DNA of 32,000 nt from an uncultured archaeon (GTDB taxonomy: Archaea > Iainarchaeota > Iainarchaeia > Iainarchaeales > Iainarchaeaceae), in the NCBI GenBank assembly GCA_964577555.1, contig CAZNZM010000006.1, forward strand, positions 37,501-69,500. Direction: 5' to 3'. The position numbers and the translations under genes are program-made. Shown here piece by piece: positions 16,844-26,466 of this stretch. A model generated the notes under the pieces. That model was not told the origin of the DNA. It saw only the letters and a program-made list of their open reading frames with translations, and did no database searches. Position 1 is the first letter of the stretch. Every line of letters begins with the position of its first letter.

Positions 16844-18202
16844 TTATTTTGACAGTTTTTGTATTTTGTAAAAAATTTTTTTGAGCAAATCAAAGTCCAC
16901 TTTGTCTGGCAATAATACCTCGACTATTGAAAATGTTTTAATAGATTTTTTTATGATCACAATTTTTGAAAATAAATCTATAACTGCTGATATTAGCCTG
17001 CTTATTGCAATGCCAATTATATGAAGTTTCATAGTCAAAAAATAGCCCGTTAGCACGCTAATAATTAAAACCAGAATTGATGCGCCAGTCAATGCTTTTT
17101 GTTGTTTTAAATTGAAAATAATGGGTTTATATGGCGTATTTAGAATTATTGTGAAGATTATTAGAATGAATATTTTTAGAGCGTTTGCATTTTCTTGGAT
17201 ATTTTTATCCGGAATAGTTTTTAAAAACCAATCAACGCCAAACAGTATTATAAAAATAATAAGCGGAATGGAAAAATAAAAAACGTATTTTGTTGCTCTT
17301 ATTATAATGTTTTTAGAGTTTTTCAATCCGCCTAATTTGGCTACAAGAGGATAAAATATAGTATCAAGCGGTTCAAAGAACTTAGCCAAAATTGAGTAAA
17401 ATTTTGTAATTGCAAAATAAACTCCAGCCCATTTTACACCCAATACATGCTCAACAATCCAAATGGGAATATTGGCTTCAAGGTTTTTTATTTGAGAATT
17501 CAACAAAGCCCATTTGCCATGGCTTTTTAAGGTTTGTATGATTAGCGACTTGTCAGTATTCCTTTCTTTTAATAGAGTTTTTATTTCACTTGGTATTTTT
17601 GTTGCTCTTGCGAATATTGTGAAAATGTCAGACAAAATCATTGCCAAAAAAATCAATTCAACGCTTTTACCAACAAAAAAGAATAATACTGCTAACAAAA
17701 AAAGTTTTGAAATTGAATCAATAATTTGAAAAAAAACAAGTTTTTTAAAATCCGCGACAGTTTCAAACGAGGTTTGATACACAAGCTTTATTCCTGAAGT
17801 AAATATAAGAATTGAAACTAGTTGGATTATTGAAGAAATATTTTTTTTAAAAAAATCAGCAATCAAACCGCTAGAAAAAAAAACCACAAAAAACAAAATT
17901 AAACCAACTGCGATTTGAGTGTAAGCATATCCTTTAAACAACCCAGCAGCTCTTTTAACATTTCCTTCATTTAAATCCTTTGATACATCAGATATTACAA
18001 CTTTTGACAAACCCAAGTCAATTAAAAAAGTAGCCAACGAAAGCCCAGAAACAGCAAGCCCATAAACGCCTAAATCATAAGTGGTTATGGAACTTATAAT
18101 AAAAATAAATATTGCATAGTTTATAGCGGTAATTAGCAAATTATTTCCAGCAATCAAACCCATGCTTTTAAAAATTTCCTTTAAATTACCCATGTTTTTC
18201 AC
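16844..18202 (-). CDS. Polysaccharide/oligosaccharide flippase, Wzx/RfbX-like (MOP superfamily)
   Basis: 452 aa with 12 or more TM helices; LGVYGLAVSGLSLATFLIDLGLSKVVISDVSK, GLFKGYAYTQIAVG, ILIFTSGIKLVYQTSFETVADFKKLVFFQI, GVKWAGVYFAITKFYS. Start is GTG 18202 or ATG 18193. Confidence 0.85.
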   Translation of the reverse strand: MKNMGNLKEIFKSMGLIAGNNLLITAINYAIFIFIISSITTYDLGVYGLAVSGLSLATFLIDLGLSKVVISDVSKDLNEGNVKRAAGLFKGYAYTQIAVGLILFFVVFFSSGLIADFFKKNISSIIQLVSILIFTSGIKLVYQTSFETVADFKKLVFFQIIDSISKLFLLAVLFFFVGKSVELIFLAMILSDIFTIFARATKIPSEIKTLLKERNTDKSLIIQTLKSHGKWALLNSQIKNLEANIPIWIVEHVLGVKWAGVYFAITKFYSILAKFFEPLDTIFYPLVAKLGGLKNSKNIIIRATKYVFYFSIPLIIFIILFGVDWFLKTIPDKNIQENANALKIFILIIFTIILNTPYKPIIFNLKQQKALTGASILVLIISVLTGYFLTMKLHIIGIAISRLISAVIDLFSKIVIIKKSIKTFSIVEVLLPDKVDFDLLKKIFYKIQKLSK

Positions 18203-18205
18203 AAT

Positions 18206-19168
18206 TTATTTGTTCAATTTCTTTTCTTTTTGATAATCCAAATACCATTCTATAAACATAGGTATCCCTTTTTCTAGCTTGATTTTTGGCTTGAACCCTA
18301 TTGTTTTTTTTGCAAGCGTAATATCCGCTATTGTGCTTTTTACATCTTCCAATTTTCCTTTTTTTATTTCTATTTTTGCTTTTTTTCCAAGGTTTTCTTC
18401 GATTAAGCTTATTATTTTTTTAAGCGTGTTTGGTTGAGAATTTCCTATGTTGTATATTTTGAATCCTTTACATTTTTTTATTGATAGCATTATTGCGTCT
18501 ATTGTGTCGCTAACATATGTAAAGTCTCTTTCTATTTCCATTGAACCAAATACTTCTATTTTTTTTCCATGAAAAATATTGTTTGTAAATTTGTATACAG
18601 CCATGTCCGGCCTTCCGCCGGGACCGTAAACCGTAAAAAGTCTTGGAATCATGATTTCTGTTCTGTTGATATGGTGTAATGCTTCAGCCATTGCCTCCAT
18701 GCTGATTTTTGAAGCTGCATAGATACTGCACGGCGTATTAATAGTCATTGTTTCTTTGAATGGAGGTTTTTGCAAGCCGTACACGCTTGATGTTGATGCA
18801 GCAACCACTTTTTTTATTCCTTCTTCCTCAGCAAATTTCAGTATGTTTGCAGTACCAAGAACGTTGGTGAGTATGTAACTTGATGGTTTTTTTGTTGATT
18901 CTCTTACCCCTGTTTTTGCGGCAAGGTGTATTATATGTGTTATTCCCATTCCTTTCAGTTTTGAAAGGTCTTTTGTTTTTGTAATATCCAATTTGGCAAA
19001 TTCACCGTATTTTCCAGATTTTATTTTTTTAATGTTTTCCAGTTTTATGTCAAGACCGTATGTGTTGCTTAGGTTATCTATTCCTATGAATTTTATTTTT
19101 TCTTTTTCCAACCTTTCAACAAGGTTTCCTCCAATAAAACCTGCAGCGCCTGTTACAAGAATTTTCAT
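18206..19168 (-). CDS. NAD-dependent epimerase, UDP-glucuronate 4-epimerase-like
   Basis: KILVTGAAGFIGGNLVERLE, IIHLAAKTGVRESTKKPSSYILTNVLGTANIL, ASTSSVYG, YAASK, PRLFTVYGPGGRPDMAVYKFTNNI (GRPDMA motif). Confidence 0.87.
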   Translation of the reverse strand: MKILVTGAAGFIGGNLVERLEKEKIKFIGIDNLSNTYGLDIKLENIKKIKSGKYGEFAKLDITKTKDLSKLKGMGITHIIHLAAKTGVRESTKKPSSYILTNVLGTANILKFAEEEGIKKVVAASTSSVYGLQKPPFKETMTINTPCSIYAASKISMEAMAEALHHINRTEIMIPRLFTVYGPGGRPDMAVYKFTNNIFHGKKIEVFGSMEIERDFTYVSDTIDAIMLSIKKCKGFKIYNIGNSQPNTLKKIISLIEENLGKKAKIEIKKGKLEDVKSTIADITLAKKTIGFKPKIKLEKGIPMFIEWYLDYQKEKKLNK

Positions 19169-19269
19169 ATTATTTATTTTTTGTTGTAATACATTTTAAA
19201 GCTTCAAGTAAAGGTTTTTTTGCACCTTCTGTACCAAAACCAATATAATTTTCCGCTATTTTTCCATTT

Positions 19270-20346
19270 TTATTGGTATGCATTAATTATTTTTTCATAA
19301 TTTTTTTCCAAAGAATAATTTTCCGCTTTTTTCTTCAAGTCTTTTTGCAATTTTATTTTTTCTTCTATTCCAATTTTTATCATGTTTTTTATTGCTTTTG
19401 CCGCTTCTTCCGGTTTTGAGTAATCCACCAAACAGTTTTTGAAATCCGAGAGTATTGATTTAAAACCCGAATTGTTTTGCACTATTGGAATGCATTTGCT
19501 TGCCATTGCTTCTACCAAAGAAATTCCAAATCCTTCATATTCGGAAGCCGAAATAAAAAATTCAGACGACGAATAAAGTTCTATGACTTGTTTTTCGCCA
19601 GGATTAAGTATGAATTCTATTTTTTCGGCAATTCCAAGTTCTTTGGCTTTTTTCAAATAATTTTCAAAAAGACCTTCGCTGTCAGTTCCTGCAATTGTAA
19701 GCTTGAAATTTTCATTTTTCAAGTTTGCAAGCGCATTAATCAACAATTCAATTCTTTTGTTTTTTGAGAATCTTCCAAGATAAAGCATAGTGCCAGGTTT
19801 TTTTTTGCCGCTTTTGAATTTTGAAATTACAATGCCATTTTCAATCAACGTTATTTTTTTACATATTTTTCCAAAAATTTCATAATCGTTTTTGCTGACT
19901 GCGATTACCTTATCGGCAAAACCGAGTAAAATCCTTTGTATTATGTTGAAATAAAACCATTTTGCGAGCCCAATATTTTTTGTATGAAATATTCCGCCAT
20001 GTGTTGATATTATTATTTTTTTTTTATGCAAAAATTTTGTTGCAAGAAGAAAATCAGAAAAAAACCCTATGCCGTGTATGTGAATTATATCAAATTCTTT
20101 TATTTTTTTTATTATTTGTGGAGATATTTTGTAGTATTTTAAATCCAAAAATTCAAGTCTTTCCACAGAAATTTTTTCCACTATACTTGTTTTTGGCAGT
20201 TTTTCTCGGTTGTTTGCGCATTTGTTCAAGCATATTACTTTTACTTTGTGTCCTTTTAATGCAAGCAATTTGCTTGTGTCAAACACTACTTTTTCTACCC
20301 CGCCAACGCAAGGATGGAAATGGTTGCATACTTGCAATATATTCAT
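19270..20346 (-). CDS. GT4-family glycosyltransferase
   Basis: NILQVCNHFHPCVGGVEKVVFDTSKLL, HIHGIGFFSDFLLA, VIAVSKNDYEIF, VISKFKSGKKKPGTMLYLGRFSKNKRIELLINAL, SSEFFISASEYEGFGISLVEAMASKCIPIV. ORF-track start 20580 is over-extended; ATG 20346 gives a 4-nt overlap with the upstream gene. Confidence 0.9.
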   Translation of the reverse strand: MNILQVCNHFHPCVGGVEKVVFDTSKLLALKGHKVKVICLNKCANNREKLPKTSIVEKISVERLEFLDLKYYKISPQIIKKIKEFDIIHIHGIGFFSDFLLATKFLHKKKIIISTHGGIFHTKNIGLAKWFYFNIIQRILLGFADKVIAVSKNDYEIFGKICKKITLIENGIVISKFKSGKKKPGTMLYLGRFSKNKRIELLINALANLKNENFKLTIAGTDSEGLFENYLKKAKELGIAEKIEFILNPGEKQVIELYSSSEFFISASEYEGFGISLVEAMASKCIPIVQNNSGFKSILSDFKNCLVDYSKPEEAAKAIKNMIKIGIEEKIKLQKDLKKKAENYSLEKNYEKIINAYQ

Positions 20347-21338
20347 TTTGCCATCACTCTTCCCAAAAAACCTGCTGGCAATCCAAGCATAAATGCCGCT
20401 GTCCTTACTTGTATCATGAAAATTGAGAATAATGCGACTTTCCAATCTTTTCCAGCCATGAAAAAAAAGGATTTTATTATGGTTGCAGTCGCAGCAATAA
20501 GCAATATTGTGTTTAATATAAGTAAAATTCCTGCTATTTCGTGTTGTCCTAAAAAGTAAAGTATTGGAACCATGAGCCATTGCAAGGTTCCAAAGTATCC
20601 TGCAATAATTTGCACTTTTATAGAGTCAGTAGTATAGGAATCGCTAATAATCTTGTCAGGGTGTTTGTAATAAAGTTTTACTCTGTAAAAAGCACGATAA
20701 AATTTAATCCAAAAATATTTTATGATTGATTCAGGGTGCGAGTGATAAACTATTGCTTTTGGATTGAAAACCAGTTTTCGTCCCTTTTTGGATATTTTAA
20801 AACTTAATTCAGGGTCTTCGCCAGATGCTTTTGGAAAAGATTCGTCAAATCCACCTGCCTTGAAGAAATCCTCTTTTCTATAAGCTGCAGAGTAACTTCC
20901 TATCCAATCCAATTTGTCTCTTGAAGCCAACATTTTTTTGTATCTTTCTTCAATTTCATATTGCACAAATATTGCTACCAAGGATTTTTGTTTTGTTTTG
21001 TATGCTCCTTGCACTCCAGCTACTTTTTTGTCTGAAAAAGGTTTCAACATTTCTTTCAACCAATTTAATTCAGCAATGCAGTCGGAATCGGTAAAAACCA
21101 GTATTTTTCCTTTTGCAATTTTTGCCCCATTGTTTCTTGCTGTTGCAGGCCCTGAATTTTTTTGGAATACAACTTTCGCTCCTAATTCTTTGGCAATTTT
21201 TGCAGTATTGTCTGTTGAACCATCATCAACTACAATTATTTCATAGTTGCCTTTATAATTCTGTTTTTTTAATGCTTTGATGCAATCCGCAATTGTTTTT
21301 TCGCTATTATATGCGGGAATTATTATGCTTGCATCCAT
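20343..21338 (-). CDS. GT2 glycosyltransferase with C-terminal transmembrane segments
   Basis: ASIIIPAYNSEKTIADCIKAL, YEIIVVDDGSTDNTAKIAKEL, ARNNGAKIAKGKILVFTDSDCIAELNWL, GSYSAAYRKEDFFKAGGFDESF; TM C-terminus. Confidence 0.92.
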   Translation of the reverse strand: MDASIIIPAYNSEKTIADCIKALKKQNYKGNYEIIVVDDGSTDNTAKIAKELGAKVVFQKNSGPATARNNGAKIAKGKILVFTDSDCIAELNWLKEMLKPFSDKKVAGVQGAYKTKQKSLVAIFVQYEIEERYKKMLASRDKLDWIGSYSAAYRKEDFFKAGGFDESFPKASGEDPELSFKISKKGRKLVFNPKAIVYHSHPESIIKYFWIKFYRAFYRVKLYYKHPDKIISDSYTTDSIKVQIIAGYFGTLQWLMVPILYFLGQHEIAGILLILNTILLIAATATIIKSFFFMAGKDWKVALFSIFMIQVRTAAFMLGLPAGFLGRVMAK

Positions 21339-21920
21339 TCAGCTCACTTTTATTGCCTTGATAATCATTTCTTCTTGCAATTCCTTTGGAAGAAATTCAT
21401 GTATAATTTTTCTGAATATAAAAGTCCACTTGTTTTTGCTTCCATAAGAATTTTCTTCAGTATATGGTTGGCAGTAAAAATATTCTATTTTAAAACCGTT
21501 TTTTTCAAGAAGTTCTTTAAGCTCAAGATAATTGAACAAACTGAAATGCAATGGCGCGTGATAGTTTTTGAAAATCCTATTTATCAAGCTATCTCTGTTA
21601 GGAGTTGTTATTATAATAATTCCATTTTTTTTCAAAACTCTATTGGCTTCTTTTACGAATTTTTCAGGATGATGCAAATGTTCTATAAGTTCTCCAGCCA
21701 ATAAAGAATCAAAAAACCCGTTTTTGAAAGGTATTTTTTCAGCGCTGGCTTTTTTGTAGTGGCTTGTTTCTTTTTTGACTTCTATGTCTATGCCATAAAC
21801 GTTTTTTTCTCCAAGTCTTGAAATCAGTTTGCTGTGCAATTCTCCTACTGAAAAACCCACGTCAAGTATTTTACCCTTAAGATTAGATAATGCAAAATTT
21901 ATTCTGTCCATATTAATCAA
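21339..21920 (-). CDS. Class I SAM-dependent methyltransferase (UbiG-like fold)
   Basis: KGKILDVGFSVGELHSKLISRLGEKNVYGIDIE, GFFDSLLAGELIEHLHHPEKFVKEANRVLKKNGIIIITTPN. Confidence 0.9.
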   Translation of the reverse strand: MINMDRINFALSNLKGKILDVGFSVGELHSKLISRLGEKNVYGIDIEVKKETSHYKKASAEKIPFKNGFFDSLLAGELIEHLHHPEKFVKEANRVLKKNGIIIITTPNRDSLINRIFKNYHAPLHFSLFNYLELKELLEKNGFKIEYFYCQPYTEENSYGSKNKWTFIFRKIIHEFLPKELQEEMIIKAIKVS

Positions 21921-21977
21921 AAATAATAACGATTGTTGTTAATTAGTGTTTTGGAACACCGATATTTTTATTGCAAT

Positions 21978-23468
21978 TCAAGTTACTTGTTTTGTCGCCG
22001 CAGATTTTTTCCAAAAATCAATGTCAAACAAGTATTTTGCAAAGGTTTTTGCACCCATTATAAGCCTAGGAGCTTCTCGCGGCTGTGTTGCTATAAGCTT
22101 CAACCTGCTAATAATATATTCTGGCCTCATATAAAATTCTTTTCTAGCCAAATCGCATGCTTCAACAAGTTCTTTGGCTGAAAGCTTGTCAGTATTAAGC
22201 AAAGTATTGTGCGTTCCTTCAGCGGTAAGCCAATCATCCCAATTTGTAGTAGTTATGAATTTGTTTTCATAAGCCCATTTGAAAGCTTCAGTGCCAGGAT
22301 AAACCATCAAAGGAAAAAATTGTGCAGTATCAGGAGCAAGTTTCTTTGCCCATTCAACAGTCTTTCTAATAGTTTCCTTTGTTTCACCCTTGTTGCCCAT
22401 CATAAAACAACCATGCACAAGTATCCCAGCTTTTTTTGTATCATCCATGAATTGCTCTATATTTTCTATTCTTGTAACTTTCTTTATATTGTTAAATATT
22501 TCCTGCTCCGCGCTTTCAAAACCTACGCATAAAAGCCTGCACCCGGCTTTTTTCATCCATTGCAACGTTTCAAGATCAACGTCAGCGCGAGAATTACAAG
22601 TCCAAGTTACTTTAAGGCCTCTATTCACAACTTCCTTGCAAATCTCTATTGTCCTTTGCTTGTCTTGAGTAAGAGTATCATCTTCAATCATAATGTCCTT
22701 TACATATGGCAAATTTTTTGTTATCCATTCGAATTCATCAACAACATTTTTGACGCTTCTTGCCCTGTAAAAATGACCTGTCAAAGTTTGAGGCCATTTA
22801 CAAAAAGTGCACCTGAATTTACAACCCCTGCCTGTTATTATTGTGACTTCCGGATAAAGAACCGAAGGATAAAAATAATCCTTTATTTTCAAGTGCCTGT
22901 TATAAACTTCACTGACAAAAGGCATTTGATCCAAATCAGGTTGCTCAATAGGAGGCATATTCGGAGTGAACTTTATTTTGCCATCAGAATCCCTGTAAGT
23001 CAAACCCAACACATTATCCAACGGCTTGTTTTTTTCCAACGCCTCGGCAAGGTCCCTTACAATAAAATCATATTCGCCTCTTGCAACAGCATCTATTTTT
23101 TTGCTCGCATTAAGACTCATTTCAGGCAACGCGCTTACATGGGTTCCAACCATCAACGTAAAAGCTTCAGGCAATGCATCTTTAAGCTTCTCAACAACTT
23201 TAACATCATTATTAAACGACGCAGTCACGGAATCCACTACAATAAGCCTTGGCTTCCAATTATTCACTATTTCAATTACATCTTCAATTTTCATTCCAGA
23301 AGCTGGACAATCAAGAAGTTTCACATCATGCCCGGCTTTTTCTAACACTCCTGTAGCATAACCCATCCAAATAGGATAATAAACACAACCTCCTTTTGAA
23401 ATCGCAGGACTCCTGCTTGTCCTTGAAAACCTGTAAAGAAAAGGAGGATTCAACATCAATACTCTCAT
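21978..23468 (-). CDS. B12-binding-domain radical SAM protein (HpnJ-like architecture)
   Basis: N-terminal MRVLMLNPPF...YYPIWMGYATGVLEKAGHDVKLLDCPA, cobalamin-binding-like domain with IVVDSVTASFNND..MVGTHVSALPE, then GRGCKFRCTFCKWPQ (CxxxCxxC), EDDTLTQDKQRTIEICKEV, GFESAEQEIFNNIKK. ORF track starts at 23501; ATG 23468 preceded by ggttggtga. Confidence 0.9.
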   Translation of the reverse strand: MRVLMLNPPFLYRFSRTSRSPAISKGGCVYYPIWMGYATGVLEKAGHDVKLLDCPASGMKIEDVIEIVNNWKPRLIVVDSVTASFNNDVKVVEKLKDALPEAFTLMVGTHVSALPEMSLNASKKIDAVARGEYDFIVRDLAEALEKNKPLDNVLGLTYRDSDGKIKFTPNMPPIEQPDLDQMPFVSEVYNRHLKIKDYFYPSVLYPEVTIITGRGCKFRCTFCKWPQTLTGHFYRARSVKNVVDEFEWITKNLPYVKDIMIEDDTLTQDKQRTIEICKEVVNRGLKVTWTCNSRADVDLETLQWMKKAGCRLLCVGFESAEQEIFNNIKKVTRIENIEQFMDDTKKAGILVHGCFMMGNKGETKETIRKTVEWAKKLAPDTAQFFPLMVYPGTEAFKWAYENKFITTTNWDDWLTAEGTHNTLLNTDKLSAKELVEACDLARKEFYMRPEYIISRLKLIATQPREAPRLIMGAKTFAKYLFDIDFWKKSAATKQVT

Positions 23469-23564
23469 TTTTTTCACCAACCAAATAATGCTTATTTTCA
23501 AATTTAATTATTATCACGTGTTAATTCCAATTATTTTTCAGTTTAAAAATCCTTTTTGGTACAA

Positions 23565-24281
23565 TCATTTTTCCCCAACAATTTTGTTTGCCCTCAACAA
23601 TTCATCAAAAGAACCAGCATCAAGCCATTCTTTTTCAAGCATGCTTGCAACAATGCTTCCGTCTTTTATATAATAATTGTGAATATCAGATATTTCAAGT
23701 TCGCCTCTGGCACTAGGTTTTAATGTTTTAATAACCTCAAAAACATGAGGCGTATACATATAAACTCCTACAACCACCAAATTAGTTGGCGGGTCTTTCG
23801 GCTTTTCAACCACTTTGACAACCTTACCCTTTTCAACTACAGCTACTCCAGCTTTTGCAGCTTCTTCCCTTGTAGTCTCATACAACAATATCCTTGCTTT
23901 TTCTTTCCCTCTTTCAAATTCCCTTACAAAAGGACTTATATCATCAAACAATATGTTGTCCCCGTTTATTGAAACAAACTTGTCATTACCAACAAATTCT
24001 TTTGCAAGCCCTATTGCTTGCGGCAAACCGCCAGCCTCATCCTGCACTCTGAAAGTAAAATTCACTCCAAAATCCTTGCCAGAACCAAGCAAACTAAAAA
24101 TATCCCCTGCATGATTAGTACCAGTAATAACAAGTATTTCCTTTATACCAGCTTTTTTTAGGGTTTCAATAGGATAATAAATCATCGGTTTATTGTAAAT
24201 TGGCAACAAATGCTTGTTAGTCACGTTTGTCAAAGGCCTCAACCTTGAACCAGTGCCACCAGCAAGAATAACACCTTTCAT
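23565..24281 (-). CDS. rmlA: Sugar-1-phosphate nucleotidylyltransferase, RmlA/RfbA-like (short form)
   Basis: MKGVILAGGTGSRLRPLTNVTNKHLLPIYNKPMIYYPIETLKKAGI, QDEAGGLPQAIGLAKEFVGNDKFVSINGDNI, VVVGVYMYTPHVFEVIKTLKPSARGELEISDIHNYYI. Start at ATG 24281 rather than 24293. Confidence 0.9.
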   Translation of the reverse strand: MKGVILAGGTGSRLRPLTNVTNKHLLPIYNKPMIYYPIETLKKAGIKEILVITGTNHAGDIFSLLGSGKDFGVNFTFRVQDEAGGLPQAIGLAKEFVGNDKFVSINGDNILFDDISPFVREFERGKEKARILLYETTREEAAKAGVAVVEKGKVVKVVEKPKDPPTNLVVVGVYMYTPHVFEVIKTLKPSARGELEISDIHNYYIKDGSIVASMLEKEWLDAGSFDELLRANKIVGEK

Positions 24282-24297
24282 GCAACCACCCAAAAAA

Positions 24298-25260
24298 TCA
24301 TTTTTTTGCTTTTAATGGCTTCCACCACCACTCATTATTTTTATACCATTCAATTGTTTCCACAAGCCCATCATAAAAATTCTTTTTAGGCTTCCAACCA
24401 AGAGCCATTAACTTTGAACTGTCAAGCGAATACCTTTTGTCATGCCCTGCCCTATCCTTAACAAACTGAATTTCAGAATCGCTTTTGCCCATACAAGAAA
24501 TTATTTTTTTAGCAACATCAATATTCCGCATTTCATTCCCGCCACCAATATTATAAATATTACCAGCCTTTCCTTTCTCCGCAACCAACATTATTCCATT
24601 ACAATTGTCTTTCACCCAAAGCCAATCCCTAACATTTGTGCCATCGCCATAAACAGGAATTTTTTTACCTTCAATAAGATTTGTTATCGCCAAAGGCAAA
24701 AACTTTTCAGGGTACTGATAAGGCCCATAATTATTAGAACTCCTTGTAACAACAACATTCAAATCATAAGTATTCGCATAACTCAAAGCCAACAAATCAC
24801 CTGCAGCCTTGCAAGCCGAATAAGGATTACGCGGCTCCAATTTGTCATCCTCACTACTAGAACCCTTTTCAATACTCCCATAAACCTCGTCAGTTGAAAC
24901 TTGAACAAACCTCTCCACTTTGTTTTTTCTCGCAACATCCAACATAACCTTAGTACCCATGACATTAGTTTTGACAAAAGGATCAGAATCAATTATAGAA
25001 TTATCAACATGACTCTCTGCCGCAAAATTAAAAACAACATCACAATCAACCATTGCCTTCTCAACAATTTTTTTATCAGCAATATCACCCTTCACAAACT
25101 CATAATTTTTTTTCTTCTCCAAACCCCTCAAATTATCCAAATTGCCGGCATAAGTCAACAAATCCAAGTTTACCACTTTTATACTTGTATTTTCAACAAG
25201 CATCCTGACAAAATTCGAACCAATGAATCCGCAACCGCCAGTTACAAGAACTTTTTCCAT
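24298..25260 (-). CDS. rmlB: dTDP-glucose 4,6-dehydratase (RmlB/RfbB)
   Basis: KVLVTGGCGFIGSNFVRMLVENTSIKVVNLDLLTYAGNLDNLR, VVFNFAAESHVDNSI, FVQVSTDEVYGSI, PYSACKAAGDLL, TRSSNNYGPYQYPEKFLPLAITNLIEGKKIPVYGDGTNVRDWLWV, DRAGHDKRYSLDSSKL. Confidence 0.95.
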   Translation of the reverse strand: MEKVLVTGGCGFIGSNFVRMLVENTSIKVVNLDLLTYAGNLDNLRGLEKKKNYEFVKGDIADKKIVEKAMVDCDVVFNFAAESHVDNSIIDSDPFVKTNVMGTKVMLDVARKNKVERFVQVSTDEVYGSIEKGSSSEDDKLEPRNPYSACKAAGDLLALSYANTYDLNVVVTRSSNNYGPYQYPEKFLPLAITNLIEGKKIPVYGDGTNVRDWLWVKDNCNGIMLVAEKGKAGNIYNIGGGNEMRNIDVAKKIISCMGKSDSEIQFVKDRAGHDKRYSLDSSKLMALGWKPKKNFYDGLVETIEWYKNNEWWWKPLKAKK

Positions 25261-25310
25261 ATAGTCACTTAAAAAAATACTAATTCAATTAAATAAATCC
25301 TTTTGGTTCA

Positions 25311-26237
25311 TTATTTTTCACCAACATAATTCAAATACCACTGAACAGTCCTTTTTATTCCTTCACCAATCATTACTTTTGGCTTAAAACCCAAAACCTT
25401 ATTAGCCTTTGAAATATTAGCCGAAAACTTGACAACCTCCCCCTTTCTATTATCCCTAAAAATAATTGGCACCTTAAAACCAAACTCCCTCTGCACCAAA
25501 TCAGCCACCTTAGAAAGCTTCACACTCCTGCCAGAAGAAATATTATACACAGAATTCTTGGCACGTTCAAAATTCTCCACACACTTCAAAACTCCATCAA
25601 CAGCATCATCAATATAAGTAAAATCAAGCTCTTTATCCTTGCCATAAATCACCAAACTCTTGTCACTCTTGCAATTCCTAATAAAAGTCGGAACAAGCCT
25701 GTCACTCTTATCATACATTCCATAAACATTTGAAAACCTAGTAATAATAAAATCAATCCCATAACACCTTTTATAAGACTGAACCAAAGCCTCGCCAGCT
25801 ATTTTTGAAGCACTATAAGGACTCTCACAATAATCAATACTCACCTGATTCTCGCCAAGCTTCCCATTTTTAACATTACCATATATTTCCCTGCTAGACG
25901 CAAAAATAAATCCAGGCACTTTCCTTTGCCTGCAAAATTCAAGAGCATTAAAAACAGTTTTCATATTATCAAGCGCAAGCTCAGGCTCAACCACCAAATT
26001 ATAAACCCTCGCATTTGCCGCCAAATGTATAAAAAAATCCACATCACCCGGCAATTTCTCAAAAAACTTTTTTTCACGCATGTCAGAAATCATGGTTTTG
26101 GAATTAACTTGGGCACTCCATTCATTAGGCTTCAAATCAAGCCCAATCACTTCATAACCTTCTGAAATCAAACTTTCGCATAAACGAGTTCCAATAGTAC
26201 CACTACTGCCGCTTACAACAATTTTTTTAGTCTTCAT
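25311..26237 (-). CDS. NAD-dependent epimerase/dehydratase (extended SDR, GalE-like)
   Basis: KKIVVSGSSGTIGTRLCESLISEGYEVIGLDL, FFIHLAANARV, FIFASSREIYG, PYSASKIAGEAL, TRFSNVYGMYDKSDRLVPTFI. Confidence 0.87.
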   Translation of the reverse strand: MKTKKIVVSGSSGTIGTRLCESLISEGYEVIGLDLKPNEWSAQVNSKTMISDMREKKFFEKLPGDVDFFIHLAANARVYNLVVEPELALDNMKTVFNALEFCRQRKVPGFIFASSREIYGNVKNGKLGENQVSIDYCESPYSASKIAGEALVQSYKRCYGIDFIITRFSNVYGMYDKSDRLVPTFIRNCKSDKSLVIYGKDKELDFTYIDDAVDGVLKCVENFERAKNSVYNISSGRSVKLSKVADLVQREFGFKVPIIFRDNRKGEVVKFSANISKANKVLGFKPKVMIGEGIKRTVQWYLNYVGEK

Positions 26238-26466
26238 AAAAAAAACCAAAATTCAAATAATTCTCATAACATCATTTTAATAAAACTTTTAAAAAAAGGT
26301 TCTAACACGAATAACACCTGCCAACGCCCCACAATTACATTATTCTACTATAATTTTTTAGCTCAAATTATTTTGTTTTCATTTTGTTTTTTCACTAAAT
26401 TTTATTTGTTATTCTAAATCAACCAAAAAATCGGTGAAATATTTATTAAAAAAGGTTTTATTTTTT

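Noticed and set aside
19962-20426. Plus-strand 154 aa ORF with many Leu/Phe/Cys residues, and neighbouring 20210-20392 and 20314-20559 ORFs
   Set aside because: Antisense to conserved glycosyltransferase genes; low-complexity shadow ORFs from AT-biased codon usage.
20347-20580. N-terminal extension MAHGSNTLLFRTTRNS... of the GT4 ORF at 19270-20580
   Set aside because: It overlaps the 3' end of the upstream GT2 gene out of frame. MNILQVCNHFHPCVGG at 20346 is the canonical start with a 4-nt overlap.
22560-23345. Plus-strand 261 aa ORF (MQRFKINVSARITSPSYF...)
   Set aside because: Wholly antisense to the conserved radical SAM gene, with no recognisable domain.
23504-23520. CACGTG palindrome upstream of the radical SAM gene, considered as a regulator site
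   Set aside because: A single 6-bp palindrome is expected by chance and no second copy or matching regulator is visible.
24442-24897. Plus-strand 151 aa ORF (MPCPILNKLNFRIAFAHTRNYF...)
   Set aside because: Antisense to rmlB; composition fits a shadow ORF.
26250-26466. AT-rich intergenic region considered for a small RNA or remnant mobile element
   Set aside because: I see no inverted repeats, transposase fragment or strong structure by eye. Transcript data would be needed before calling anything.
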